A stretch of DNA of 64,000 nt from Microcoleus sp. (GCA_052279835.1 CP181291.1:3072001-3136000); one strand, 5' to 3'; numbered from the stretch's first letter, positions 10,651 to 21,532 are shown. The notes: a model not told the origin generated them from the letters alone. Program-made: numbers and translations.

Positions 10651-12105
10651 TTAATGTTCCGCAGTCAAAAGATGAAATTGCTCCGTATCAATCCGATTTG
10701 CTTGATACAAAATCTGAGCAATTTCCGAAAGCGCTAACACAGAATGAGCCCGATAACCATTTACCCGCAACTTATCTTTTACTCCCTGTTCGTGGTCAAT
10801 CAAAACCACAATATCTTCCACATTCAACCCAGCAGATTTTAACTTAGCAGCCCCTTCCATCACACTCTTGCCACTAATCAAAATATCATCCACTACCACA
10901 ATAGTTTCTCCCGCCTGGAAATGCCCCTCAATTAACTTTCCCGCACCGTAAGTTTTCACTTCCTTGCGCGGAAAAATCATTGGCCGTTCCATCCGCAAAG
11001 CTAAACCCGTTGCTGTGGGTAAGGAACCATAGGGGATTCCCGCAATGCGATCGAATTTTAAGCCTTTGAGAATTTCTGCATAGGCGCTGACTATTTGGTG
11101 AAAAATTTGCGGAATTGAGATAATCTTTCGCAAGTCAATGTAATAGGGAAATACTGCTCCTGATGCTTGTACGTGGTCGCCAAAAACTACGCAGCCAATA
11201 TCATAAAGTTGCAAGATTAAATCCCGGTGAGGTTCTGGTTGCAAAAAGCAAACATCCGGTAGCCATAATTCGCAAGTAGGACTACCTGCGATCGCCCTTA
11301 GTCGCTGTTCGTTAATATTATCCCGCAATTTCTGAATTTCTAAGCGTGGCTCTTGACTCGCTAATAAACTAGGGGGGATTGGTAGCAATAAACCTTCACC
11401 ATTCTTACTTAAACCGGCCGCCAGCAATTCTGCAAGGTCGTTTTGTTCTGTCAAGTCATTTTGTTCTGGGATGTCTCCTTCAACTAAAATTAGGCGTTCG
11501 GGAGCGGCTTGACGAATCCGGGCTAACATATCCGGCATTACTCCTACTTGTAAACCGAGTTTTTCAGGGGTTCCCCAAGTCTGAGAAACTCGGACTAATT
11601 GTAGGTAAAAAGGATTTTCTGGTGTTGGATATTCTTGTAAAGCGGCGGCGGTGGGATTAGCAGTAGCACAAAGGACAAAAACAGTTTTGTTGGGATATAA
11701 TAAAAAGGGCGCTACTTGGTCGAATCCGGCATAGGGACTCAAAGTAACAGCGTCAACTTGCCAGTCTTCAAATACGGTTTTGGCAAATAGGGTGCTGGTG
11801 TTTAAATCGCAGTGTTTGGCATCTAAAATTACGGGAATGTGAGGAGGAATAATTGCTAATATTTGTTGCAGTAGTTCCCAGCCGGGAATGCCGAGAGATT
11901 GGTAAAAACCTAGGGTGATTTTGCACGCACTAATTAAGTCGGCTGTTTGGTCGATCACCAATTTAGCTTTTGCCAAGAAATCTGTGGTTATGGACAGTGT
12001 ATCTGGGAAAGTTTCGGGTTGGGGGTCTAGGGTCAAATACAGCAAACTTTGATTGCTTTCAATGGCTGCTAACAGTTTGTCGCCGATTTTTTTTTGATTA
12101 ATCAT
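10651..12105 (-). CDS. pyrFE: Bifunctional OMP decarboxylase / orotate phosphoribosyltransferase
   Basis: ILDAKHCD in the N-terminal domain; PYYIDLR and VVVDDILISG PRT motif in the C-terminal domain. Confidence 0.88.
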   Translation of the reverse strand: MINQKKIGDKLLAAIESNQSLLYLTLDPQPETFPDTLSITTDFLAKAKLVIDQTADLISACKITLGFYQSLGIPGWELLQQILAIIPPHIPVILDAKHCDLNTSTLFAKTVFEDWQVDAVTLSPYAGFDQVAPFLLYPNKTVFVLCATANPTAAALQEYPTPENPFYLQLVRVSQTWGTPEKLGLQVGVMPDMLARIRQAAPERLILVEGDIPEQNDLTEQNDLAELLAAGLSKNGEGLLLPIPPSLLASQEPRLEIQKLRDNINEQRLRAIAGSPTCELWLPDVCFLQPEPHRDLILQLYDIGCVVFGDHVQASGAVFPYYIDLRKIISIPQIFHQIVSAYAEILKGLKFDRIAGIPYGSLPTATGLALRMERPMIFPRKEVKTYGAGKLIEGHFQAGETIVVVDDILISGKSVMEGAAKLKSAGLNVEDIVVLIDHEQGVKDKLRVNGYRAHSVLALSEIAQILYQANRIDTEQFHLLTAEH

Positions 12106-12234
12106 GGGGATTGGGGAATGATAATTAAACAATCAGAATGGGCTGTGAAAATTGGGATAGGAGTTTTGCGGAAGATATCGATCGCAGTTGAAGTTTAAAT
12201 TGAGAATGTTTTAAAATTGTAGAATATTAAGACC

Positions 12235-12624
12235 ATGAAATATCTAATTTTGGGATATGTTTCCTTTGGATTGATGCTTGGCGTGGTAACAACGGCGATA
12301 GCAGCTAACCCCCAACAACTCAACCAGTTGCGGGAAACTAACCAGTGTCAAGGTTGCGATTTGAGAAGCATTCCTTTACCGGAGGTGAATTTGGCAAATG
12401 CGGATTTGCAAGAGGCTGATTTGAGGGGGGCGAATCTGAGAGGGGCTAATTTGGCGGGGGCTAATTTAAGGGGGGCTTCTCTTAGCGGGGCTTCTTTGCG
12501 ACAGGCTAATTTACAAGGTGCGGATTTGACTGATGCTAATTTAATTGGGGCAGATTTAACGGGGGCTAATTTGGACAACGCTAAGCTCAAAGGTGCGACT
12601 TGGGTTGATGGTACTATTAAATAA
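12235..12624 (+). CDS. Secreted pentapeptide-repeat protein
   Basis: Signal-like N-terminus, CxxCDL, A(D/N)Lxx repeats. Confidence 0.92.
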   Translation: MKYLILGYVSFGLMLGVVTTAIAANPQQLNQLRETNQCQGCDLRSIPLPEVNLANADLQEADLRGANLRGANLAGANLRGASLSGASLRQANLQGADLTDANLIGADLTGANLDNAKLKGATWVDGTIK

Positions 12625-12727
12625 ATAGAAGCTAATTGGTCAAGTCGCGGACGGGCTAGAAGCCCATCCCACAAGAGTTTTAAGAGATTTCACAATGCAA
12701 ACTAAATGTTGTTTAGCTGAGCAATGA

Positions 12728-13435
12728 ATGATAAATACGATCGCCTTTGAGACTTGGGACAATTTGCTACACACCTATGCTGACGATTTTGGGCGCGTGA
12801 ATTATGGGCGCTGGAAAGCTGAGTCTGCACAGGTTTTGAGAGAGTGGCTGGAAAGTTTGGCGGATGTGGATTTGGCTGCTGTGACTGATGGGAATGAGCG
12901 TCTGGCTTTGTGGCTGAATGTGTATAATGCGATCGCCATTGCTCAAGTTATTGAAGTATATCCGATCGCCTCCATCCGTCCCAAAGTTTTGGGAATTCCC
13001 AACTGGCTGAGCTTTTTGGATTTCTTCACCCGTTCAACTTGGACAATTGGGAGAAAAAAGTATAGTCTCAATCAAATCGAACACGGGATTTTGCGCCGGG
13101 AATTTAGGGAACCCCGCATCCATTTTGCGTTAGTTTGCGCTGCTGTGGGATGTCCGATGTTGCGTCGCGGGGCTTATTTCCCGGAGTCGGTACTAACTCA
13201 ACTGGAAGCAGATGCTAAGGGTTTTATTCATAATCCTGATAAGGTGAAGTACGATGCTGGGAAAAAGACCCTTTATTTGAGTAAGATTTTTGATTGGTAT
13301 GGTGAGGACTTTGTGAAGGTGGCGGGTTCGGTGGCTGGATATGTCGGTGGTTATTTGGGTGGGGATGTGGCGGTGGATAAATGTGCGATCGTTTTTTTGC
13401 CCTATGATTGGAATTTGAATCGGGTTGAGGGTTGA
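12728..13435 (+). CDS. DUF547 family protein
   Basis: LWLNVYNA, SLNQIEHGILR, EPRIHFALVCAAVGCP, YDWNLN. Confidence 0.9.
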   Translation: MINTIAFETWDNLLHTYADDFGRVNYGRWKAESAQVLREWLESLADVDLAAVTDGNERLALWLNVYNAIAIAQVIEVYPIASIRPKVLGIPNWLSFLDFFTRSTWTIGRKKYSLNQIEHGILRREFREPRIHFALVCAAVGCPMLRRGAYFPESVLTQLEADAKGFIHNPDKVKYDAGKKTLYLSKIFDWYGEDFVKVAGSVAGYVGGYLGGDVAVDKCAIVFLPYDWNLNRVEG

Positions 13436-13535
13436 GATTTTTTCTAACCAATTAGCTATTGAAGCCACCCTTAAAGCTCTCGAATAAAAATCTGTTTAAC
13501 CGTAAAAATGAGTGCTAATATGGATTAAGATTAAT

Positions 13536-13734
13536 TGAACCGCGAAGACGCGAAGGACGCGAAGGAAGAACCCCCCCCTGCCCCCCCAAGGGGGGAAAGA
13601 AGAAGATGCAGTTATGACTTCCCGTTCTACCCAATGAACCGCGAAGACGCTAAGGACGCGAAGGAAGAACGCCCCCCAAGGGGGGAAAGAAGAAGATGCA
13701 GTTATGACTTCGCTATCTTCGCGTCTTCGCGGTT
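13536..13734. repeat. Tandem duplicated AACCGCGAAG-type small dispersed repeat with a nested C/G hairpin
   Basis: Units about 13536-13621 and 13635-13711, closed by the inverted end cttcgcgtcttcgcggtt. Confidence 0.85.
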
Positions 13735-13876
13735 ATTTCAAATAATTAAAAACACTATAATTATTGATATCAAATATGCTGTGCAACTTCCACAGGTGTC
13801 CTACCTTCCACCTACAATTACTCGATAACTGAGATATTGAAAGCTATCACCGCTCAAATCCTCTGGAATATACACC

Positions 13877-15277
13877 ATGATTTCAGATCAATTTCGACGA
13901 GAATTGCGATCGCAAGCCAAACTCTGGCAAGCAGAAGGACTGATCGATACTTCATTGTACCAACAACTTGCCGATCGCTACCAATTCCACACCCTCGAAA
14001 GCGCCTCGCGCAACCGATTCCTTGGCATTCTCATCAGTCTCGGCAGCATTCTCCTAGCCCTAGGAGTCATCACCTTTGTAGCAGCAAACTGGCAAGTTTG
14101 GTCGCGAGAAGCCAGAGTTGCACTGTTGTTAAGCTTATTCGTCGCAGTGAATGCAGCAGGTTTCTATCTGTGGCGAATTCCCCCTTCTCGCAGCAAAAAC
14201 TCTAATCCAAATATACCCCTAACTAAAGGGCGAAACAAACTTTTAGGTGAAGGATTGTTGCTATTAGGAGCTCTGATTTTAGGAGCAAATATGGCACTGA
14301 TGGCGCAAATGTTTCATATTGGCGGTTCTGCTTACGGACTTTTCCTCGCTTGGGGAATCGGCGTGCTCGGAATGGCTTACAGTTTGCGGTTGACTTCCTT
14401 GGGCGTTTTGTCAGCACTTTTAGTTGGTTTAGGCTATTGGCTAGCTGTGTTAGATTGGTCTTCCAAAGTCGAGTTTTCTTGGCTAGCATTGTTGGTGCGA
14501 CAAATGCCGATCGCCTCCTGTATCATGTTTATACCACTAGCTTATTGGTGTCGATCGCGTGCTATATTTGCCCTAGGTGCGATCGTCCTCATTTTTTCCC
14601 TACAAGCTTCCATAGTCCAAGGGTTAAATCCAAGCTGGGGTGCTGCAATATTTTGTGCCCTACCACCCGCTTTGTTGTGGGGATACGACGATGCAATGTG
14701 GCCGAATATACACAGCAGACTGTTTCAACCTACCACCCGCAGTTTAGCATTGATATTTTTGGCTGGTCTTTTTTACTTTTTTTCCTTCCACTGGCTGTGG
14801 CAAGATTCCCCCGCTCCTTCGCAGATTTCCCTGGATTGGAGTGTTTTGACAAATGTAGTTTTTTTGGGTGCTTTAACGGTGTTTGAGTGGCTGCATTTGG
14901 GACGTTTGGAACTGCGCCGACCAAAACAAAAAGGAGTGGATTTGACTACAGGTGCGATCGCCATTGCGATCGTCATCAGCGCCTTAATACCGTTTTACCA
15001 TCTCAATGTTTCTCCTCTCCCCCAATTAGCAACTTTTCTGTTTAACGTTTTATTATTTCTGCTAGCGGTGGGTTTAATTCGAGAAGGTTTAGCACTAGGA
15101 AACCGCCGGAGTTTTTGGGGCGGGATGGTATTGATAACTTTACAAATAATCAGCCGATTGTTTGAATACAACACTGAATTGTTGCTGAAATCTTTTGTAT
15201 TTGTGCTGTGTGGCATTGGTGTAATTGCCGCTGGTTTGTGGTTCGAGCGACACTTCGCCACCATCAAAGACGAATAA
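13877..15277 (+). CDS. DUF2157 family membrane protein
   Basis: GVITFVAANW, ALMAQMFHI, many TM segments. Confidence 0.88.
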   Translation: MISDQFRRELRSQAKLWQAEGLIDTSLYQQLADRYQFHTLESASRNRFLGILISLGSILLALGVITFVAANWQVWSREARVALLLSLFVAVNAAGFYLWRIPPSRSKNSNPNIPLTKGRNKLLGEGLLLLGALILGANMALMAQMFHIGGSAYGLFLAWGIGVLGMAYSLRLTSLGVLSALLVGLGYWLAVLDWSSKVEFSWLALLVRQMPIASCIMFIPLAYWCRSRAIFALGAIVLIFSLQASIVQGLNPSWGAAIFCALPPALLWGYDDAMWPNIHSRLFQPTTRSLALIFLAGLFYFFSFHWLWQDSPAPSQISLDWSVLTNVVFLGALTVFEWLHLGRLELRRPKQKGVDLTTGAIAIAIVISALIPFYHLNVSPLPQLATFLFNVLLFLLAVGLIREGLALGNRRSFWGGMVLITLQIISRLFEYNTELLLKSFVFVLCGIGVIAAGLWFERHFATIKDE

Positions 15278-15378
15278 AAATCATTCATCTCTCTCTCTTC
15301 TCTTCCTCTGCGTTCTCTGCGTTCTCTGTGGTTTAATAATTCCGAAATAACCCTCAACAACATAACCCCTAGATAAAC

Positions 15379-16080
15379 ATGAACACCAACAACATTGACT
15401 TATTAACTGAAAATCCAGAACAAACAAATTTGTTTCAGCTTCCCCCGGAAGCCAAACGTATTCCCGCGTGGCGAATGTGGATTCCTTTATTGCTCCAAAT
15501 TGGACTAATTATCACCGTACCCGCTTCCGCAGTTTACACTTTTGTCACTGGTAAAACAGTGGTTTTGCAAACAGTACCAGTAGACCCTTACGATTTAATG
15601 CGCGGATATTACCAAGTTTTGAGTTATGATATTTCTCAGCAAAATAATCTCCAAAAATTACCGGGATGGAAAGAGTTACCAAGCGACAAACAACCTTGTC
15701 CATCCGGTGTTGTTTGCCCACCATCAAAGAATTACAATGTCAAGTCTGGAACCAGTTTTTATGTGATTTTGGAATCGCCCAAAACCCAGACAAATGCTGG
15801 TCGTCCCCAAGCTTGGAAACCAGTCCGCGTTAGTTTAGAAAATCCCCCCAATTTACCCGCAAATCAAATCGCCATTCAGGGTAAATATAATGGCTGGCAG
15901 ATGGAATATGGTTTGGAAACTTATTATATGCCAGAAAATGAAAGGGAAAAGGTCAATCAGGAGATTGGGGAAGCTCAAAGGGCACAGCGGGAATCTTTTG
16001 TGGTTGAAGTGAAGGTGGACAAAACAGGTCATGCAGTGCCTGTGAGTCTGTGGGTGCGACAGCGCAATTATCGCTTTTAG
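15379..16080 (+). CDS. GDYXXLXY family protein
   Basis: PVDPYDLMRGYYQVLSYDI, YGLETYYMPE; usual partner of DUF2157. Confidence 0.88.
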   Translation: MNTNNIDLLTENPEQTNLFQLPPEAKRIPAWRMWIPLLLQIGLIITVPASAVYTFVTGKTVVLQTVPVDPYDLMRGYYQVLSYDISQQNNLQKLPGWKELPSDKQPCPSGVVCPPSKNYNVKSGTSFYVILESPKTQTNAGRPQAWKPVRVSLENPPNLPANQIAIQGKYNGWQMEYGLETYYMPENEREKVNQEIGEAQRAQRESFVVEVKVDKTGHAVPVSLWVRQRNYRF

Positions 16081-16240
16081 CTACGGGGTCGATCGACCGT
16101 TGTCACAAAATTTGAGTATTTATGCTGATTTGAGTGGAAATTACGGGCGATCGAGGCTTAAATTGCCGTAAGATATATAGACTTGTGCAAATCTTGCAAA
16201 TTCAACAAGGGTACAAGTTCTGACTCTACTGGAGCTTCTC

Positions 16241-17362
16241 ATGTTAGCCTCGCTAATCTCTTCCAGACGCATACTCAAAGCCCAACTACTCGAATTTTTA
16301 GGACTCCCTGACAATTGCCCAGACAAAACAGACCACCTCGTTAGCACAATTGTATCCGTGCTGGAGGTAAACCCAGCCGAACAAGAAAGATTTTGGGAGA
16401 CATTCAAAAGTGAATTAGCCGTCGAGCCAGTAGAATTAGAAAAACTGCTCAAATGTTCCTCAAAAGAACGCCAACAATGGATTGAACAAGGCAAACTCCC
16501 TGTTTTAGAATATCGCACTTTCCTCAAGTCAGGAATTCATTTAGAATATCCCGTTCACGACAGAAGATTCATCTTAACTCTCTCACAAACCGATATCAAC
16601 AGTTGGCGAAACGAACCAAAAGGGCAGATTCAGAATAATCGCAAAACACCCATCCCAATCAGTCGAGAAAGCCAGCAAGAAAAGGCAGACTCCCGATTAG
16701 CTTTTAGTTCAGCTTGGTCAAAAATTATTGCCGACTGGGAAGAACAAGGTTCTGCTGAAATTTCTGCAACTTTCCAGCTAGCTTACTGGACAGTTTGGGC
16801 TTCGCGGTGGGCCAAAGAAAATCAGCTTAACAGCGCCAAAGCTATTGAAGATAACGAAATTTACGAAATTCATCGGCAGCAATGGTATCAGCGCAAAAAT
16901 CAAGCAGTCAAGGTACTGATTGAAATGCCTTATGCTATGCTCTACTTTTATCGTCCCCACGATGCTGACAAATTGTATCTCGAACTTTGTGACGACCACC
17001 AGGAAATGATGAAAGATGATTACTATTGGGACAAGTGGGATTTTTTCTATCAAAACCGCAAACTGGTAAATAAGTGTCGCGACTGCGTTTACTGCGAAAC
17101 CAAAGATTATTATTCCCTTTATTATCTGGAAATCAAGAGTGACAAATTTCCTGATTTTAGTTTTTCTTACCACACGCCGTACACCATTGGTAGAAAGTTT
17201 TTGCCACATCCAGAAACCCTACCTAATGTAGATCACGTAGAACAGGATGGTATTTTTCGCTTCGGGAGGCCGCTGCTGGAACAGGAGAAACTGATTCATA
17301 CTGAAGAGGATGTATTGCTCAAGTTTGACGCAGCTTTAGTAGAAGCGAGAAAGTTTATTTAG
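16241..17362 (+). CDS. Hypothetical protein with possible Zn-binding residues
   Basis: 373-aa ORF; CDDH...CRDC and FSYHTPY. Confidence 0.7.
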   Translation: MLASLISSRRILKAQLLEFLGLPDNCPDKTDHLVSTIVSVLEVNPAEQERFWETFKSELAVEPVELEKLLKCSSKERQQWIEQGKLPVLEYRTFLKSGIHLEYPVHDRRFILTLSQTDINSWRNEPKGQIQNNRKTPIPISRESQQEKADSRLAFSSAWSKIIADWEEQGSAEISATFQLAYWTVWASRWAKENQLNSAKAIEDNEIYEIHRQQWYQRKNQAVKVLIEMPYAMLYFYRPHDADKLYLELCDDHQEMMKDDYYWDKWDFFYQNRKLVNKCRDCVYCETKDYYSLYYLEIKSDKFPDFSFSYHTPYTIGRKFLPHPETLPNVDHVEQDGIFRFGRPLLEQEKLIHTEEDVLLKFDAALVEARKFI

Positions 17363-17420
17363 TGATTATAGAACTTACGCACAGCATCTACTTATAAATT
17401 TTTGTAGGGGCTGTGCGTCA

Positions 17421-17525
17421 TATTGTTTACGGTTGCATCGGAATGATTTAACCGCTCTTGGCGCAGAGGGCACAGAGGAGGAGAAGAGAGATGAATACAG
17501 GACGATACCAACGGATTTGATATCA
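17421..17525. repeat. MITE-like element with a nested AACCGC repeat; second copy at about 35572-35677
   Basis: ggttgcatcggaatgatttaaccgc ... cggatttgatat is shared by both copies. Confidence 0.6.
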
Positions 17526-17924
17526 GCCTTAATTAATTGAGAACAATTGATGAATTTTTGAGTTTAAATTCATCCAATTTTACTACTTGAAAATCTGATT
17601 TTCGTCGCTCAAAATTGTAGCTAATCCTATCCAATCCGTTGGCATCAAAATTATTGAGCTTTCTCTTCTTAGACTCTGCGGACTCTGCGGTTCATGAAAA
17701 AACAGTCATCAAAAAAAAGAGAATAAGATTTTTTAAGATTAAAATCTAGCGCCACACAGTTTAGCATAGGAAGGCCAAAAGGAGATTGGATCGCGATCGC
17801 CAAAAAGAACCAAATATATCACTTCCACGGACAGATCGCGATCGCCCTAGGAAATTCAGCGTTAAGATTAAGATAGAATGAGTGACTAATTAGCTGCGAA
17901 TTCAAGTTCTCGATCAACAGAAGT

Positions 17925-18209
17925 ATGCAAAACCAGACTGACAATGGTTTCAACAATAATTTAGTCGATCGCACTTTTGCTAATTCAGCAATACCCGATC
18001 CGGCAGAATGGGTAAACGAACATCATTTTCTGGCGAATTTTGCCCATCAACTCTCCCATCTCCAACAAAATTTCTCGGATGGGGGCTGGGAAATCGGCGA
18101 TACTGGCGAGCCCGGTGAGAGTCAATTAGCTATCGACATCAAGATTAGAGAAATATTAAAAGCTAGTTTTAGCGACGACTACTGGCAGTACGTTGAAGGT
18201 TTATTTTGA
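17925..18209 (+). CDS. Hypothetical protein
   Basis: 94-aa ATG ORF, no recognised motif. Confidence 0.5.
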   Translation: MQNQTDNGFNNNLVDRTFANSAIPDPAEWVNEHHFLANFAHQLSHLQQNFSDGGWEIGDTGEPGESQLAIDIKIREILKASFSDDYWQYVEGLF

Positions 18210-18314
18210 TATAGGGAATATGCCGTTGGGAATAGGGCAACTATAAGTGGTTGCTTTCCCTGATACATTTACGCCACCTTTTTTCTGGCGGCGGTGCCCC
18301 TCGCCCGCCCACGG

Positions 18315-19325
18315 TTAGGGCGAATCGATAGGAATTAAGATCGATCGCAAAAAACCAGCACTTTCCTCCGGTAAAGCAGTATTGATAAACATTCCGCTAC
18401 CCAACTCAAACCCAGCTTGCTTAGAAACCCTGGGAATAATCGCAATATACCAGTGAAAATACTTAGTACCCTGTTCCGCCGTGGGCACTGAGCGGATATT
18501 ATAGTTGTAATCGGGATTATTCAATCCATAATAAAGCTTAGCCAGTACAGTTTTCAAAGTATCAGCCAAGTCAGAAATCTCTGGATCGGTAATATCATCA
18601 AAGGACGAAGCATGGCGGCGGGGAAAAATCCAAATATGAAACGGTGAAAGCGCAGCATAAGGGATAAAAGCCACAAAATGTTTACTCTCAAAAATCACTC
18701 TTTCACCAGCCGCTAATTCATCTTCCAAAGTCCGGCAAAACAAACACTCTCCCGTATCATCAAAATATCTAATAGTTTCATCAATCCGGCTGCGAAACTG
18801 ACTGGGAACAACAGGGGTAGCTGCTATCTGCGAGTGAGGATGTTCTAGGGAAGTTCCGGCACTTTCACCATGATTTTTGAAGATAATAATTGTTTCAATA
18901 TGAGGATATTTTCTAATTTCTAAATAACGCTGGCGATATACTACAAGTATATTTTCAACCTCTTCAATGCTTAACAAAGCTGTCGTCAAATCATGTCGCG
19001 GATGTTCGACAATGACTTCGTGAATCCCCATTCCCGACATCCGGCGATGAATTCCCGATGAAATTCTCAATCCTTCTGCGGTTGGGGAAAGGGCGGGATA
19101 TTTATTGCGAATTGCCCTGACTTTCCAGTCAGCGCGATCGCCCAAACAGAAAGTTTCCAAAGTTCCATCTTCCTCATTTCCCACACAAAACGGACAATCG
19201 GGGCGGTGGGAGGGCAGAAATTCTGTGATTTTTTTGTGGTTGGCGAATTGATCCGGTCTTTTTGCCCGTTCAGTGGCGATGATTACCCAATCTCTGGTAA
19301 TTAGATTTTGTCTAAGTTCAGACAT
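18315..19325 (-). CDS. galT: Galactose-1-phosphate uridylyltransferase family
   Basis: CPFC, NKYPAL, FKNHGESAGTSLEHPHSQ. Confidence 0.93.
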   Translation of the reverse strand: MSELRQNLITRDWVIIATERAKRPDQFANHKKITEFLPSHRPDCPFCVGNEEDGTLETFCLGDRADWKVRAIRNKYPALSPTAEGLRISSGIHRRMSGMGIHEVIVEHPRHDLTTALLSIEEVENILVVYRQRYLEIRKYPHIETIIIFKNHGESAGTSLEHPHSQIAATPVVPSQFRSRIDETIRYFDDTGECLFCRTLEDELAAGERVIFESKHFVAFIPYAALSPFHIWIFPRRHASSFDDITDPEISDLADTLKTVLAKLYYGLNNPDYNYNIRSVPTAEQGTKYFHWYIAIIPRVSKQAGFELGSGMFINTALPEESAGFLRSILIPIDSP

Positions 19326-19480
19326 TTTCTCACCTACATTGTTAGGGTCGAGCTGTCTTTTATTTTAGATTTTTTTGGCTCTTATGTCACGGGCATTTTA
19401 CAAAATTTTATAGTATTAAACCACAGAGGGCGCAGAGGACACAGAGTTAGATAAGAGAGAGATGAATAATTATGGGACAT

Positions 19481-21532
19481 CTAATCTAGCCACTCTCTAG
19501 CTATCACTAATAATTCATCTAAAGTTTCTACTGGCCAAAACCGCACTTTTCCATCCTCTGAAGCCGACAGTAAAAATTTTCCATCTCGACTAAAATAAAC
19601 ACTATAAATCGGAGTTTTTAACTCGACAAAATTTGCTTCACCGTCGCTCAAATTCCCCCGATAACCGCGATAATCTGCCAATAAATTCCCCCGCAAATCC
19701 CACAATTTAACACTGCGGTCAATTGAAGCAGTGGCCAGTGTATCTCCCGTGGGGCTAAAACAGGCACTCAAGACAGGTCCATCGTGTCCGGTGAATGTTA
19801 CCAAACAGTTGCCATAGAAATCCCACAATTTTGCAGTACCGTCATTGGAGGCAGTAGCAAGGACATCTCGATGGGGGTGAAAACAGACACTCCATACAGA
19901 GTCAAGGTGTCCGATGAAAGTTGCTACACATTTGCCTTGGAAGTTCCACAATTTGGCAGTGTCGTCTCTCGAAGCAGTGGCAATTGTCTCTCCCTTTGGG
20001 CTAAAATTAACGCTTGTTACCCAGCTTTGATGTCCGGTGAAAGTCATCAAACATTTGCCCCGCAAGTTCCATAATTTGGCAGTAGCATCTCTAGAAGCAG
20101 TGGCAATTGTATCTCCTTTTGGGCTAAAACAGACACTCCATACTGAGTCAAAATGTCCGATAAAAGTCGTTAAACATTTGCCTTGGAAGTTCCATAATTT
20201 GGCAGTTTCGTCTCTGGAAGTAGTGGCGATTCTAGGTTGATTGGGGCTGCAACTAACGCTTGTCACCCAGTCATTGTGTCCGATAAAAGTTACCAAACAT
20301 TTGCCTTGGAAGTTCCACAATTTGGCAGTGCGGTCATTGGAAGCTGTGGCGATTCTATCTTGATAGGGACTACAACTAACGCTATTTACTGATTTTTGAT
20401 GTCCGCTACAAGTTACTAAGTTGTTGCCTTGTAAGTGCCACAATCTGGCGGTGCGATCGTTGGATGCTGTAGCTAGGGAATCTCCTGTGGGGCTGAAACT
20501 GAGGCTGGTGATCCAACTATCATGGCCGCTGAATGTTGCCAAACAGTTGCCTTGTAAGTCCCAGATTTTGGCGGTGCGATCGTTAGAAGCGGTAGCGATC
20601 GCATCTCCTGTCGGGCTAAAACTGAGGCTGGTAATCCAACTATCATGGCCCGTGAATGTGACTAAACAGTTGCCTTCTAAGTCCCACAATTTGGCGGTAC
20701 CGTCATAGGATGCTGTGGCGATCGCATTTCCTGTCGGGCTAAAACTCAAGCTAGTTACCCACCCATCATGGCCGCTGAATGTCACCAAACAGTTGCCTCG
20801 GAAGTCCCACAGCTTGGCGGTGCGATCGTAGGATGCAGTGGCCAGGGTGTCTCCCTTGGGGCTAAAACAGACACTTGTCACCGATTGCTGATGTCCGCTG
20901 AATGTCACCAAACAATTGCCTTGGAAGTCCCACAATTTGGCAGTACCGTCATAGGAAGCCGTCACCAGCGCGGCCACAGTGGGGCTCAGACAGACGCTAG
21001 TTACCCAGTCGTTATGGCCGGTGAAAGTCATCAAACAGTTGCCTTGTAAGTCCCACAATTTGGCGGTTTTGTCATCGGATGCAGTGGCGATCGCACTTTG
21101 ATTCGCGCTAAAACTAACACTATTTACCCAGTCTTTGTGTCCGCTGAAAGTCACCAAACACTTACCCTGCAAGTTCCACAATTGGGCGCTACCGTCAATG
21201 GAAGCAGTGGCGATCGCATCTTGATTGGGGCTAAAACAGACACTCCTGACGGTGCTGCGATGGCCGACAAACTGATGGCGTTCGCGAATTTTGGAGAGAA
21301 TCACCTGCAAAGCCAAGAGGGGACTGGTACTGGGATAGGTAGTAACGGCCTGATGATTTAGCATCCATGTTTTTAAATTTTCCCCAGCCTTAATAGCGGC
21401 CCGCAAGGCTTCTATTTGGTGGCCGTCCGACTTAAAAAGCTCTAACGCATCGTGTCCAGCTTTTTCAATTTCCATACTTTTTAATTTGACTTGCTGATGA
21501 GCTTCCAGTTTGGTAGGTTGGTTTTGGGTCAC
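19481..21532 (-). CDS. WD40 repeat protein (about 14 repeats) without ATPase; paralog of the C-terminal part of 22498-25824
   Basis: 41-aa GH...WD repeats; shared linker AGHDALELF and shared C-terminus KVRFWPVE.LDELL. Confidence 0.9.
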   Translation of the reverse strand: MTQNQPTKLEAHQQVKLKSMEIEKAGHDALELFKSDGHQIEALRAAIKAGENLKTWMLNHQAVTTYPSTSPLLALQVILSKIRERHQFVGHRSTVRSVCFSPNQDAIATASIDGSAQLWNLQGKCLVTFSGHKDWVNSVSFSANQSAIATASDDKTAKLWDLQGNCLMTFTGHNDWVTSVCLSPTVAALVTASYDGTAKLWDFQGNCLVTFSGHQQSVTSVCFSPKGDTLATASYDRTAKLWDFRGNCLVTFSGHDGWVTSLSFSPTGNAIATASYDGTAKLWDLEGNCLVTFTGHDSWITSLSFSPTGDAIATASNDRTAKIWDLQGNCLATFSGHDSWITSLSFSPTGDSLATASNDRTARLWHLQGNNLVTCSGHQKSVNSVSCSPYQDRIATASNDRTAKLWNFQGKCLVTFIGHNDWVTSVSCSPNQPRIATTSRDETAKLWNFQGKCLTTFIGHFDSVWSVCFSPKGDTIATASRDATAKLWNLRGKCLMTFTGHQSWVTSVNFSPKGETIATASRDDTAKLWNFQGKCVATFIGHLDSVWSVCFHPHRDVLATASNDGTAKLWDFYGNCLVTFTGHDGPVLSACFSPTGDTLATASIDRSVKLWDLRGNLLADYRGYRGNLSDGEANFVELKTPIYSVYFSRDGKFLLSASEDGKVRFWPVETLDELLVIAREWLD

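Noticed and set aside
13535..13828. ORFs made of repeats (also 708-1014 and 61995-62566)
   Set aside because: These are translations of intergenic repeat DNA with no protein-like features.
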